From Octopus sinensis (taxonomy: Eukaryota): a stretch of 64,000 bases of DNA. Positions 1 through 12,170 of this stretch are shown one piece after another. The notes under the pieces were generated by a model that saw only the letters and a list, made by a program, of their open reading frames with translations, had not been told where the DNA came from and made no database searches. The translations under genes were made by a program, and so were the position numbers. The stretch covers positions 54,622,001-54,686,000 of the forward strand of contig NC_043005.1 in assembly GCF_006345805.1 (NCBI RefSeq), given 5' to 3'. The first letter of the stretch is position 1. Each line of letters begins with the position of its first letter.

Positions 1-2
1 GT

Positions 3-230
3 CTCAGCAAACTGATTTGGGATTTAAAAGACCATAATGAACAATTTCATTTAGAATGGTTGATTCTCCCAATTTCGATACCATATGACAAAGGCAAGAA
101 ATTCTGTCTTCTCTGCAATTCTGAGCTGTTTTTCATTATTTTTTCTAAAAATACTCTAGTAAACACGGTTATAGAGCGAGCATACAGATGTAAGCATTGG
201 CAAAAACATACATTTAGTGCATATAAGTAG
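3..230 (+). mobile_element. C-terminus of a Penelope-like element ORF (GIY-YIG endonuclease end, Neptune-like), truncated by the window start
   Basis: Open frame from nt 3: LSKLIWDLKDHNEQFHLEWLILPISIPYDKGKKFCLLCNSELFFIIFSKNTLVNTVIERAYRCKHWQKHTFSAYK* (TAG 228-230). The pattern LSKxIWxLK..W.I....Y....CxLCxxE..I....N..E..xCKH matches the Cys-rich C-terminus I recall for Neptune-type PLEs. A hammerhead follows about 200 nt downstream. Confidence 0.8.
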
Positions 231-432
231 TCTCTATCATTATATATAATTTAAACTTTAATTTCCTTTATATTTAACATTCACTATTAATTCCCTACTG
301 TTTCTGTTAGCTACTTATGACGTTATATCATATAACGTTTTTTTAAACAATATTAATAGCGTTCTGTCTATCGCTATATACAAATCCATCATTTTTTGCT
401 AAAATGTCTTATTGACGAGTTTCGTTTTATTC

Positions 433-518
433 ACTTTCCTGAGGAGAAGATTGCATTGTTTATACCATTTATTCTTTTGAATAGTATCAGTGGAATTTTC
501 GAAACATGTGTCGAAAGT
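433..518 (+). ncRNA. Type I hammerhead ribozyme, canonical core, in PLE terminal repeat
   Basis: Stem I actttc(433-438)/gaaagt(513-518); CTGAGGA 439-445; stem II gaaga/ttttc around a long insert; GAAA 501-504; short stem III ACA-tg-TGT; GUC triplet, predicted cleavage after 512. Confidence 0.85.
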
Positions 519-1056
519 AAAAATATTTGATTACACCTGCGTTAACTCCATTTTTTTATTCATATATATATGTACACAACCTCATCCTCATATATACATA
601 GATGCTTACATGCATACTCGTAACATAATATGTATATTTAGACGTTTATTCCTTATTTCTCTCTTTCTTTCTCTCTCTCTCCCTCTCTCCTTTTCTCTTT
701 CTCTCTCTTTGATTACGGAATACCTAGGCGAAATGGAAACTTGCATTGAATAATAAGACCCACATACATAGCTATACTGGAAACAGCTGTATGGGATTTT
801 AACCATTTACTATAACTAGTCTGCACTAGGTTTATAAAATGAATTATAAATTAAAGGCTCTGAAGTGATAGCATATGTTTTACTTGCTCATTTTCCATCT
901 TAATATATATATATCTCCCCTCTCAAGGATGCACCACTTCTAGCCATCTTTTACAGGCAGCTTCAACAGTACTTTTTCCAGAGTTTTCATGGTAACCGAG
1001 CAATTATAGTACATATGTATTACTTTATGTCTTCAGAATAAACTCTTCTTTATATA

Positions 1057-1667
1057 TCTATATATATAAAACTCAACTTGTGTGTCTGTGTGTGTATCTG
1101 TGTGTGTATCTGTGTGTGTGTCTGTGTGTTTAACTTCCCAGCACATCTCCTCCTAGCCAAAAAATCGTAGAACCACCAAAAATGGGTCACTTAAAGTTTA
1201 GGCGAATGAAAATTGAACTGCACTATTTCTGTTCCAAAATTCATCTCGCAAGTGTAAAAATCGATAATGTGTTTGTTTAGGCCTTATCCCATGCATTGAA
1301 TAGTGAACTTTACTCAGTCAGCTGTTTCAACACACGTGCAAGCATGCGTAAATTGCATGAAAAATCAAAAATCAAGATATAAAAACGAATCGCCGTAAAC
1401 ATTGTAGAAATTCAGCAAAGAAATGAATTTTCAGGATGTAGCCGGAGGGTTTTTTTGTATTAATCATTTGGACTTTATGAACACATACCAATTGTTTTCA
1501 TAACATTTTTAATGCTTTGAATTAAACGTGACCATTTTGCGTTGAGTCTGCAGTTTGAATCACTTTAACCAAATTTTAGCAGGCCGGATTTTTGATCATC
1601 ACGATACATCACCAGTAACTCCTGAAACTCTCCCCTGAATCCCCATTGAGCCGGGCAATACTGCTAG
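1057..1667 (+). mobile_element. Non-autonomous Helitron-like element
   Basis: Starts TC (1057; tctatatatataaaa) after A, ends CTAG (1664-1667) before T. GC-richer subterminal segment (gagccgggcaatactg) and a (TG/TC) microsatellite near the 5' end. Confidence 0.65.
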
Positions 1668-1745
<78 letters not shown>

Positions 1746-1914
1746 TGTATAGATAGATATAGATATATATATATTACGGAGATGTACTTGCATAGCAAGT
1801 GATTTGATCTGAGATCGTGTGCTGGAACGAAAACAATTGCAGTGTGGAAGGTGTTTGTAAGCCATTTAAGAAACACACAAAAGTTGTTCGATTCACTTCA
1901 ACATTTAAGTTTAA

Positions 1915-1965
1915 TTTGTCAAAATATTTCGTCGCTAAAATCCCCGCGACCTGTTCACTGACAAA
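1915..1965 (-). ncRNA. Candidate variant type I hammerhead (G3-C8 core), left arm of palindrome
   Basis: Minus strand reads tttgtca GTGAACA g gtcgc ggggatttta gcgac GAAA tattt tgacaaa. Confidence 0.5.
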
Positions 1966-1982
1966 ATCTGTGCTGCACGATT

Positions 1983-2032
1983 TTTGTCAGTGAACAGGTC
2001 GCGGATTTTAGCGACGAAAATATTTTGACAAA
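1983..2032 (+). ncRNA. Candidate variant type I hammerhead (G3-C8 core), right arm of palindrome
   Basis: Stem I tttgtca/tgacaaa; core GTGAACA 1990-1996 plus extra G; stem II gtcgc/gcgac; GAAA 2016-2019; palindromic stem III AATATT; UUU triplet. Confidence 0.55.
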
Positions 2033-2779
2033 TTAAACTTAAATGTTGAAGTGAATCGAACAACTTTTGTGTGTTTCTTAAATGGCTTACAAACACCTTC
2101 CACGCTGCAATTGTTATATATATGAGCAAAAGGCCCCCCCCCATCCAAAGGACTGTGCTGAGTTGTCAAACATTCAAACCAAATTTTCTCAAAACAACTT
2201 ATCCGACCGTTCCATAGGTCTCCCCTTTGAGAAACACTGATTTAACCTAAATTTGAGACCCCAGCAAAAGAAGAAATAACGATAAACTTTTTTTCTATTC
2301 CAAAGAAAAACGATTTTATTCACACAAATATGCAACCGAAGAGTTTAAAGTACCAGTAATGATAAGGCTGTTGACTGGGAGAACACAAACATGGTTTAAA
2401 CAGTAAGCTGGGCAGGAAAGAAACGTTCCTTTAAGCAGTACAAAAACAACAAAAAATGGAAGTTACAATTATGTACAGGTTGACAGAACAAAAGCAGAAC
2501 AAAAACGGCTTTATCAATCGCATTCTCAACTGGAATCGATTTTTGTAATTTTTTCAAGACTTATCCACGCCCTGATACCGTCGATATATACATATCAAAT
2601 TTGACTGCAATCGGAAGGGTGATGCCCGAGATCCAAGAAGATACAGAGACAGACAGACAGACAGACAGAGCAGATTTCATATAAGATATATATATATTAT
2701 ATACATACACACACACACACATATATACGAACATATATATATATATACATATATATATGTATGTGTGTATGTATATATA

Positions 2780-3083
2780 TTGTTTGTTCCTTCTTGAGCC
2801 ATGCTTGGCTCATAAGGGCCGGTTTCCTGGTTTCCTTGGTGTATAGGTTCCCTACCTGGGCGGGACGCCCATCTGTTGCAGGTGACCTGAAAGATGCAGG
2901 AGGAAAGAGTGAGAGAAAGTTGTGGTGAAAGAGTTAGCAGAAGTTCACCATTACCTTCTACTAAAGTCACGTGGAGCCTAGGTGTTTCACTCATAAACAC
3001 ACACATCGCACGGTCTGAGATTCGAACTTGCGATCCCTCGACAACGAGTCTGCTGCTCTAACCACTAGGCTACGTGCCTCCAC
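2780..3083 (-). mobile_element. tRNA-derived SINE, family C
   Basis: Minus strand: A-box tagcctagtgg, B-box agttcgaatct, body with gatgggcgtcccgcccagg, (AAAC)-type tail; homologous to 42909-43223. Confidence 0.8.
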
Positions 3084-3713
3084 TATGTATATATATGCAT
3101 ATGTATGTATGCATGTGTGTATATATATATATATATTATAAATGTGTATGGATATATATAAATATGCATGTATGTATGCATATTTGTGAGTATATGTATA
3201 TATATATATATATATTAGTATATACACATGCACGTGCATGTGTGTGTGTCTGTGTGATATTCATGAAGCAAAGATGTGGAACGTGACCCCAAAATTATTC
3301 CTTTGGTGGCAAAACTGCTTATTAACTTTTAAAGCAGTGATGTGTTTATACGTTTTATTTATTCATTGAGTCTCTTTTTTTTTTATATAACAGTTTACAT
3401 TTTATGTGTGACCTGTAGTTTTCATGGCAAACGATTCTGAGAATCTCCAGAGGTCTCTGATATGCTGAACACAATAGAAATTAGTTATGAATTTGCAAAT
3501 GGCTCAAGGACAGATAAAGGTTACTCTATATTAGTTGGCTCCCACTAACATTTCAAATATTAGGGGAGACTGGACATGAAGGAGATGAGATAAGGAGATT
3601 AAACGAATCATCCCCTCCTTGCTGAATTCATCTATGACATTTCACTTTTGATGGATTTGATATGCAAGCTTGTAGCTTTTGTGTTAATTTTGTATACACA
3701 CACACACAAGTAC

Positions 3714-3798
<85 letters not shown>

Positions 3799-4312
3799 GG
3801 CATACTTACATATATACATACATGTGTTGATTGTTTATTTGCATATGAAGATATACATATGCATTAATAAGTCTACTGGGCATCATGTGAATTTCTGTGT
3901 ATATACGAGCACTCCATTGTTTTCTAAATGAACCGTACTGATACCGTTCTTTATGCTCTGACTCCAATGTGTGTATGTGCGTGTGAGTCTTGTGAAGGTG
4001 ATATTTGTTTACAGCTGTCACATGAGGTCAGGGCAAGGATGCAGTAACATCCAAACATATATGATGAGCTTCTTTTAGTTTCCATCTGTCAAATCCACTC
4101 ATTAGGCTTTGGTGGGCCTTAGTAGAAGACAGCAGCCCAATGAATTACACAGTGGGACTGAAACTGAAAACACTTACATGGGAAGCAAACTTCTTACTAC
4201 ACAGACATGCCAGCACCTATAATATATATATGTATTTATATGTTTGTGCATGTGTGAGTATATGCATATATACATATATGCATATATATGTTTTGAGATT
4301 TTAAATTCCTGG

Positions 4313-4398
4313 ATTTTCCTGAAGAGAAAGCTGCAGAATGGTCTCCTTATTCAATCCGAATTTGGGAATTTGCAGCCTTTGAAACATGTGTAGAAAAT
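4313..4398 (+). ncRNA. Type I hammerhead ribozyme (near-canonical), PLE terminal remnant
   Basis: Stem I attttc/gaaaat; CTGAAGA 4319-4325; stem II gaaagctgca/tgcagccttt (one mismatch, closing G.U); GAAA 4381-4384; stem III ACA-tg-TGT; GUA triplet, cleavage after 4392. Confidence 0.8.
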
Positions 4399-4450
4399 AA
4401 TAAAAAGGGATTTTGTAGAATCTTCGTTCGGCTCCATTTCTTCCCTTCAC

Positions 4451-4483
<33 letters not shown>

Positions 4484-4488
<5 letters not shown>

Positions 4489-4644
4489 AGTGGCTGTGTG
4501 GTAAGTACTTATTTACCAAACACATGGTTCCGGTTTCAGTCCTACTGCGGGACACCTTGGGCAAGTGTCTTCTTCGATAGCCTCACGCCGACCAAAGCCT
4601 TGTGAGTGGATTTGGTAGGCAGAAACTGAAAGAAGCCTATCATA
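4484..4644 (+). mobile_element. Family A CORE-type SINE, 5' half
   Basis: ggagtggctgtgtggtaag head, ggtttcagtcc B-box, ccttgggcaagtgtcttc CORE-like segment. A diverged minus-strand fragment lies at ~4063-4217. Confidence 0.8.
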
Positions 4645-4978
4645 CATATGTGTGTGTTTGTGTATAGTAGTAGTAGTAGTAGTAGTGCATTGTACCTGTA
4701 TTCTGCTAAAAGCTTCCAATGAATATCAGCACCTGACACACCTTCTGACCAGTGAAATCACATCACTGCACTTTGTTCTTCTTTGGTGCACATTGCTGGT
4801 GGAATGGCCATGCTTACACTGTAAAGTCAGAAAAAAAAATGGTACATCAAGGCTCAAACTTCGATCACATGACCACAATAGTACCAACTATAATCATGAA
4901 TGCACAGAAGACAATGTGACAATAATAAAGATATGTTATGGCAAAAGTGCGGATAATTTTTGACTTCCCCTCAAACAT

Positions 4979-5019
<41 letters not shown>

Positions 5020-5024
5020 TGTGC

Positions 5025-5382
<358 letters not shown>

Positions 5383-5384
5383 GG

Positions 5385-5422
<38 letters not shown>

Positions 5423-6050
5423 TACATACAGTTATGTGAAGTTTCGAGAGCTAATTAAATTGATAGAAGAGGCAAAATATAGAGAAGTGTCTGGTTCAAA
5501 TAATACAGAATGACTCCTCATTCATATTTCAAGGTAAAAGTGCAGTCTAAGACAAAACAAGGTAATGATAACAACAACAACAACAATAATAATAATGATA
5601 ATAATATTAATTTAAAAAATAAAGTAAAATATTTCTCTAATAAAAAAAAAACAACAGTAATAATACCTTTTGGTAAACACTATTTTTTATTTCCTTTTCA
5701 CTTCATAGGATGCTCTTCTCTTCTCTCTTATCCTATATGTTTGTTTTTGTCTTTTTTTTGTTTTGTTTTTATATGTGTTAAAATTGAAATGAAATTCTTC
5801 TAAGAGTAGTATATAACTATAACCTTGGGTTGTTTTGATGTTTACTTTCTGAAACCTGAAAATAATCTCATAATGATTGATTAACATTTGCTGAGATCTG
5901 CATAGCTTTGATCAATCTATATTCTTCACTCTAATATCGTCTTCATTCAGTCTTATTGCATTGCAATGCATTGCTTTGCTTTGCAGTGTGGTACAGTACT
6001 ATGCTAGGCTTTGCAATTTGCTTAATGTTTTTGCTGTCATTTTTGTAATT

Positions 6051-6083
<33 letters not shown>

Positions 6084-6140
6084 AATATATATATATATAA
6101 ATGTATATATATAAATATAAATTTATATATATGTATATAT

Positions 6141-6177
<37 letters not shown>

Positions 6178-6227
6178 GATGTATATATATATGTAATATG
6201 TATGTATATATATGTCTGTATATATAC

Positions 6228-6308
<81 letters not shown>

Positions 6309-6524
6309 TTTATATACATATGCACAAGCATATATATGTATATATATATATGTATATATATCTATATATATATATGTAAAGATACAACATAGTCTATGTT
6401 GTATCTTTGTTGTTGCTGTTTTTTACCTTGGATTTTTTATTTCCTATCTATTTTTCTATGTTTCTGTTATATGCACACACACACACACAAACACACGTAT
6501 ATATAATACATACATATATATATT

Positions 6525-6555
<31 letters not shown>

Positions 6556-7011
6556 ATGTAATGTCTGTTCATGAAATCATGCATCTAAAAATTGTAGTAA
6601 GCATTTTCAAAAGTGTTCTAAAAATGATGTTAAAATGACTTGAAGGCACTCCTTGGATGTTGGTAATGCTGATGATGATAGTAATAATAATAAAAATAAT
6701 AATAGTAATAATAATAATAGTAGTAGTAGCAGTAATAGTAGTAGCAGCAGCAGCTACAGCAACAACAACAGCAACAAATAAATAAAAAGTAGGAATATAT
6801 ATGTGTGTATGTATGTATTCTTGTTCCTATAAACAATATGTGAAAATATAAAGTATACTTTATCGAAGTGTATATGATTTATCAAAGTTACTTGCGTTAC
6901 GTTTATTGGTTTAAACTTGTGAGAATTTTAATTAAGGCTTTTTATATATTTTAACGTTAATATATGTATACGTATACACACACACACACACACATACATA
7001 TATAAATACAA

Positions 7012-7047
<36 letters not shown>

Positions 7048-8395
7048 TCACACATACACACACTCACATATATGTAGCCAAGATTTAATAGTGATTCAGA
7101 GTCTTTGTTGCAGATAAAGGAAATACCATTTTCCAGCAGAATGCACTTTGCAGATATGCATCTTTGCGTGAAACATAATGACATGTATAGTAACTGTAGT
7201 GAAATAAGATTTTGAGTGTTTGTTGCTGTTGTTGCAGTTGTTGTTGTTGCTTTGCTGCTGTTGCAGTTGTTTGTTTGTTTGCCTCCATGTTGGCTCTGAC
7301 TGAACAGACATATGATCAAAGATGTAACAGTCATGACTATCTCATCTTATATGATATAGTGTATCTAGGACTACATCATACAAGGCATCCTTCTTTTGTA
7401 AAGACAGTAGAGTGCAATTTCAAAGGAGATTTTGCTGATATTTCTAGCAGGCTAAGTATAAAGACTCCCATAGGTTTGTGTTTATGACAGTTGGAAAATG
7501 TAGAAGTTAGAGCAGATGAAGTCAATAACACAGAAATATTATGGCCAGAAGGCCACAGTTTCATATTATAGTGCAATTTTGTTTTTATTTATATAACCTA
7601 GTCAAGGATAAAACATTGACAGAAACATTAGAGTCGAGCTTCTCAAACAAAGCTATGTATACTCTTTGGAGTGCATGAGGTCTTTAAAAGGAGTAGAATT
7701 TTAAAGTGATCACAAGCAACAATATGCAGCTCAGGTGTCTAGAAAATGTGTGGAGAGCTTTTTTTGTTTGTTTTTTTTTGTTGTTCATTTGTTCTTATTG
7801 TTGGGAACAAAGTTTTTTGATAATAATCATGACCAAAATAAACTTTATGTAAGCCTGTCAGTTGAGAATGGTATGTGAATGTGCTTTTATAAAGCTGTAA
7901 CTAGAATTAAGTTACTCAATAGAAAAAGCCAAGCTCACTCATATCGTTAAAAATGTAACACTGAATTAAATGAAATTAATATCTAGCACAGAAACAAGGC
8001 CAGATATTTTGCAGGAGGGCACAGTTGATTATATTGACTCCAGTACTTGACAGGTATTTCATTTCATTGCCCCAGGGAGAGTGAAATGAAATGCTAACTA
8101 CAGCAGGATTTGAATCCTTTAAATTAAATTAAATTAAATTAAATCAAATTAAATTAATAACAAATAATACATGTCTGTTGTTTGTTTTATGGCTTTTTTC
8201 GGTTTCTGTCAACCAAATCCACTCACAAGGCTTTGGCTGGTTTGGAGCTGTGGTAGAAGACACTTGCCCAAAATACTGACCCCAAAATCACATGATTGCG
8301 AAGCAAGTTTCTTACCCACACAGCTATGCCTGTACCAATATATTTTTTCGTTAATTTGCTTAATCCAATGACCAACGCACATGCACAAACACACA

Positions 8396-8432
<37 letters not shown>

Positions 8433-8487
8433 TAACCATTAATACTACTAAGTACAGTAGCAACAACACTTCCAAGAGACATAAAGA

Positions 8488-8585
8488 AGATGATGAGGAT
8501 GGTAATGACGATGATGATGATGACGATGATGACGACGATGATGATGATGACGACGACGACGACAACGACGATGATGATGCTGATT

Positions 8586-8651
<66 letters not shown>

Positions 8652-8652
8652 G
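8488..8652. repeat. (GAT/GAC)n microsatellite
   Basis: Directly visible; it produces the poly-D/S/H ORFs. Confidence 0.97.
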
Positions 8653-8678
8653 TGATTTAAGTGTGTGTATGTGTGTGT

Positions 8679-8981
8679 AAATAACAGATAGAAAAATAAA
8701 GAGTAAGACAATAAATAGAAGAATACAGACTGGAGAATGAAGTTCACAGCTCATCTCTTTCCAGAAGGCATGGAGGTTACTCCATACTTCCACAAAGGTA
8801 TAGGTCCTTAAGTATAATCCCAGTATAATGCCAAAATACTGCCTGGATTTACCTGGGATTTACCTGGGATTATACTTGAGAACCTATACCATCACGGAAG
8901 TTTGGAGCAACCATTATGCCCTCTGCAAGAAGATGAGCTGTGAGCTTTATTCTCCTGTCTGTATTCTTCTATCTGTTATTT
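8679..8981. repeat. Imperfect inverted repeat (~110-120-bp arms, ~40-bp spacer) adjoining a PLE-like terminus
   Basis: 8715-8823 pairs with 8864-~8973; aaataacagatag (8679-8691) pairs with ctatctgttattt (to 8981). Confidence 0.9.
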
Positions 8982-9035
8982 TATTCCTTTATAAACTGTA
9001 AATCCCCTGTCTGGAACTTTCATACATACTCACCT

Positions 9036-9113
9036 TGTCTCTGATGACAGTATACCCAGTGTACAGAGATGCTAACCTATCACTTGGGATATCCATAAAA
9101 CAGCTGTAAGACA
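9036..9113 (+). ncRNA. Degenerate type I hammerhead (G12 to A)
   Basis: Stem I tgtct/agaca; CTGATGA 9041-9047; long stem II (cccagtg/cacttggg); AAAA at 9097-9100 instead of GAAA; palindromic stem III ACAGCTGT; GUA triplet. Confidence 0.65.
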
Positions 9114-9281
9114 TCCAGTAATTAATTAACTAATTAATTAATTACTTCAAATTTCCCTTACTCTAATTGAATATTGCACATGACTTGAGATACTCATCCT
9201 GCCTTGGTTTTGTTGTCCTTTTTCCTCTAATGTAAATAATGTAAAAGATTCTTGTATCTTCCATCTTATATCTCTCTCATA

Positions 9282-10087
9282 TACAGGGTGTGATAGGTAA
9301 ATTGTCACCATTTTATATTTTTAATTTTGCACACGTGCATTGTTTGTTTTTGATTTTGTCAACTACACAGTATAGTAGGGTCAGTTGAGCACCGCCTGTG
9401 AGAAAAACAGCACCATGACACAATTCACTCTGCCAGAAATTTGGAAATGGCATGCTGTATTGGAATTAACACTTGAAGCTCCAATACAAACAGATGGTGA
9501 ACATACAGAACAACCATTGGCTAGCCATGTCACCAAAACATGTACCGAGAATGATAAAAATCAAACACCCAGGCAACATCATGGTGTTTGGAGTGATCAC
9601 TAGTGATGGTGACATTAAGCCTCTATTCATTTTCCCACATGACCTCACACTCAATACCGAAGCCTACATCAAGTGCCTGGAGAAGTTAGTGTTGCCCTGG
9701 GTCAAGAGAGTGGCTGATGGAAGACCCTATATCTGGCAACAGGTTTCTGCACCATGCTGCACAAGCAGGAGAACCCCCTTGATTATTGTGTGGAGCACAG
9801 TTAAGTGAGACACCAACAAAACTCCTTGTAACACCAAAGATGAACTGAAGGCAAGGATTATGGCAGCACTCACCAACTTACCTAAGGAGACCGTTCAGAA
9901 GAATTGCAGGAGATTCCAAAGTTGTCTGGAGGCCGTGGTTGAAGCCAATAGCAATTTTATTGTTATGAATTTACTCTTTAGTATTTCAAGATATTTTTAT
10001 GTAATTTTGGTAAATATATCTCTTAAAATGAGATGTCAGTGTTATTTTGCTTTTTGCATAATTTAGACGACACTATATTCACCTCTC
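9282..10087 (+). mobile_element. Decayed, internally deleted Tc1/mariner-superfamily transposon (maT/DD37D-like)
   Basis: Starts TA-CAGGGTG. Peptides KHPGNIMVFGVITSDGDIKPLFIFP..LNTEAYIKCLEKLVLPWVKRVADGRPYIWQQVSAPCCTSRRT and PLDYCVWSTVK*DTNKTPCNTKDELKARI..RRFQSCLEAVVEAN, with frameshifts and a stop. Confidence 0.85.
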
Positions 10088-10092
10088 TCTCT

Positions 10093-10213
<121 letters not shown>

Positions 10214-11079
10214 TCTATGTATGTATGTATGTACAAACACACACACACACACACACATCTATAAATACATGCATATACACTTGTATTAAACATCTTCATA
10301 TAATTGCAGTTTAACCATCCTACAAATTCATATGTATTTATTGCAAATAATTGTATTTTACTTACCAAACTGCCAAACTTCCAAAAGAATGTATTATTAT
10401 TTCATTTTCTTTTCCTGCAATGACAAAAAGAGAAAAAAAAGCTAGAATAGATAAATATATATTCCTGGAGAGACAAAAAAGCCAATAATTTGTGTCTAAA
10501 CTATTTAGAACATTCGAATTTACAAATAACTTTTTTTAAAGCAGGAACTATTTTGGTAAGCTCTGAAAATACTTCATAGTTTACACTGATTTCATTATGC
10601 TTATCATCAGAGAATTTTTGTTTATTTTTTCCCTACAAGAATATTCTATTTAAAACATATTAAAATATGCAGGAAACATTGCTGCTGGTACTTCCATCAT
10701 GAAGATCTAGAACTAAGATGGAATGACCATTCCTGTTCAAATACATCATATGGGTAAAGACTTTGTATCTTTATAAACCTATACAATAAAATTTTTCAAA
10801 TAAAAATGAAAGATTTTAACTCAGTGATAAAATGTGAATTATTTCTTTCAGCCAAGCAGTCTCTGCTAACTTAGTAGTTTACTCTCTTTAGAATTAAAAT
10901 TATTTTCTCTAATGACGGTTTGTGGAAGTGATTGATTAGTGATAGCTTATCTGCCTTTGTTCTTTCATTCTTTCATTTGTTTCAGTCATTTGATTGTGGC
11001 CATGCTGGAGGACCACCTTTAGTTGAGCAAATCGACTCCAGGACTGATTCAGCTTTGCCTTACATAATTTTTTTTTATA

Positions 11080-11420
11080 GGCCACATGAATGGCTGTGTG
11101 GTAAGTAGCTTGTTTACCAACCACATGGTTCTAGGTTCAGAAGTGAGTTGATTTAGTAGACAGAAACTGAAAGAAGCCCATTGTATATATGTATATATAT
11201 GGGTGTGTGTGTTTGTGTGTCTGTGTTTGTCCCCACCAACATCGCTTGACAACCAATACTAGTGTGTTTGCGTCCCCGTAACTTAACAGTTCGGCAAAAG
11301 AGACTGATAGAATAAGTACTAGGCTTACAAAGAATAAGTCCTGGGGTCGATTTGCTCGACTAAAGGTGGTGCTCCAGCATGGCCACAGCCAAATGACTGA
11401 AACAAGTAAAAGTGTGAAAG
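11080..11420 (+). mobile_element. Family A SINE (internal deletion), tail-to-head with a minus-strand tail fragment at ~10965-11045
   Basis: Head tggctgtgtggtaagtagc, 3' body gtccccgtaacttaacagttcggcaaaagagac, tail aaacaagtaaaag. Confidence 0.85.
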
Positions 11421-11839
11421 AGTATCCATTTTTTCTTTTTTGATAAGAGGGCTGGACAATAAAATAAAATACCTATCAAAAGCAGTAGGTTAATACAACT
11501 GAAGATGGGGGTGGTCTCACATGATACCTTATTGTATTTGTTCCATTTTTTTTATATTCTGAGTTCTTGGGTAATTTCCTCAATCTACCATTTGTAGTAG
11601 ATTTTGCTGTTGCACATGTTTGGGTCAAGTCTCTGGCTGGAGGATAGCTTCCTCCTTCCCTCTCCCTCCATCATCACAGACCCTAAAAAAGAATCATAGG
11701 TACAGCCATTCCTTTTCTGATTAAGCCAGTAGTTCTCAACTATTTTTGGCCCATGGACAGCTTCATGTCCTATTTTATTTTACTGGACCTCCATAGCTAT
11801 TCACGATATTATATAAAAATATCTTACTGTATATTTTGC

Positions 11840-12170
11840 ATGCTGAATGGATGGTTAGAACATTGGGCTCACAATCATGATGTAGCGAGTTTAATTCCTG
11901 GACTGGGCTGCATGTTGTGTTCTTGAGCAAGAAACTTTATTTTTGATGTTGCTCCAGCAGTTCACTCAGCTGTAGAAATGAGTTGCAACATCACTGGTGC
12001 CAATATGTACTGGTCTTTGCCTTTCCCTTGGATAACATTGGCGGTGTGGAGAGAGGAAGCTGGTACGCATGGGCAACTGTTGGTCTTCCATAAACAACCT
12101 TGCCCAGACTTGTGCCTCAGAGGGGAACTTTCTAGGTGCAATCTCATGGTCATTCATGACTGATAAAGGT
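11840..12170 (+). mobile_element. tRNA-derived SINE, family B
   Basis: Homologous to 31081-31417 (gttcttgagcaaga CORE-like segment; gtcttccataaacaaccttgccc). Confidence 0.8.

Larger units (their letters stand above)
1832..2115. repeat. Near-perfect spacerless palindrome (~140-bp arms), probable inverted PLE terminal repeat
   Basis: aacaattgcagtgtggaagg...ctgacaaaatc (1832-1968) is the reverse complement of gatttttgtcagtg...ccacgctgcaattgtt (1979-2115), with a few mismatches/indels; centre ~1974. Confidence 0.95.

Noticed and set aside
745-800. GAAACAGCTGTA-tggg hammerhead 3' half (similar halves at ~33435-33450 minus and ~63160-63215 minus)
   Set aside because: No CUGANGA core upstream; at most truncated remnants.
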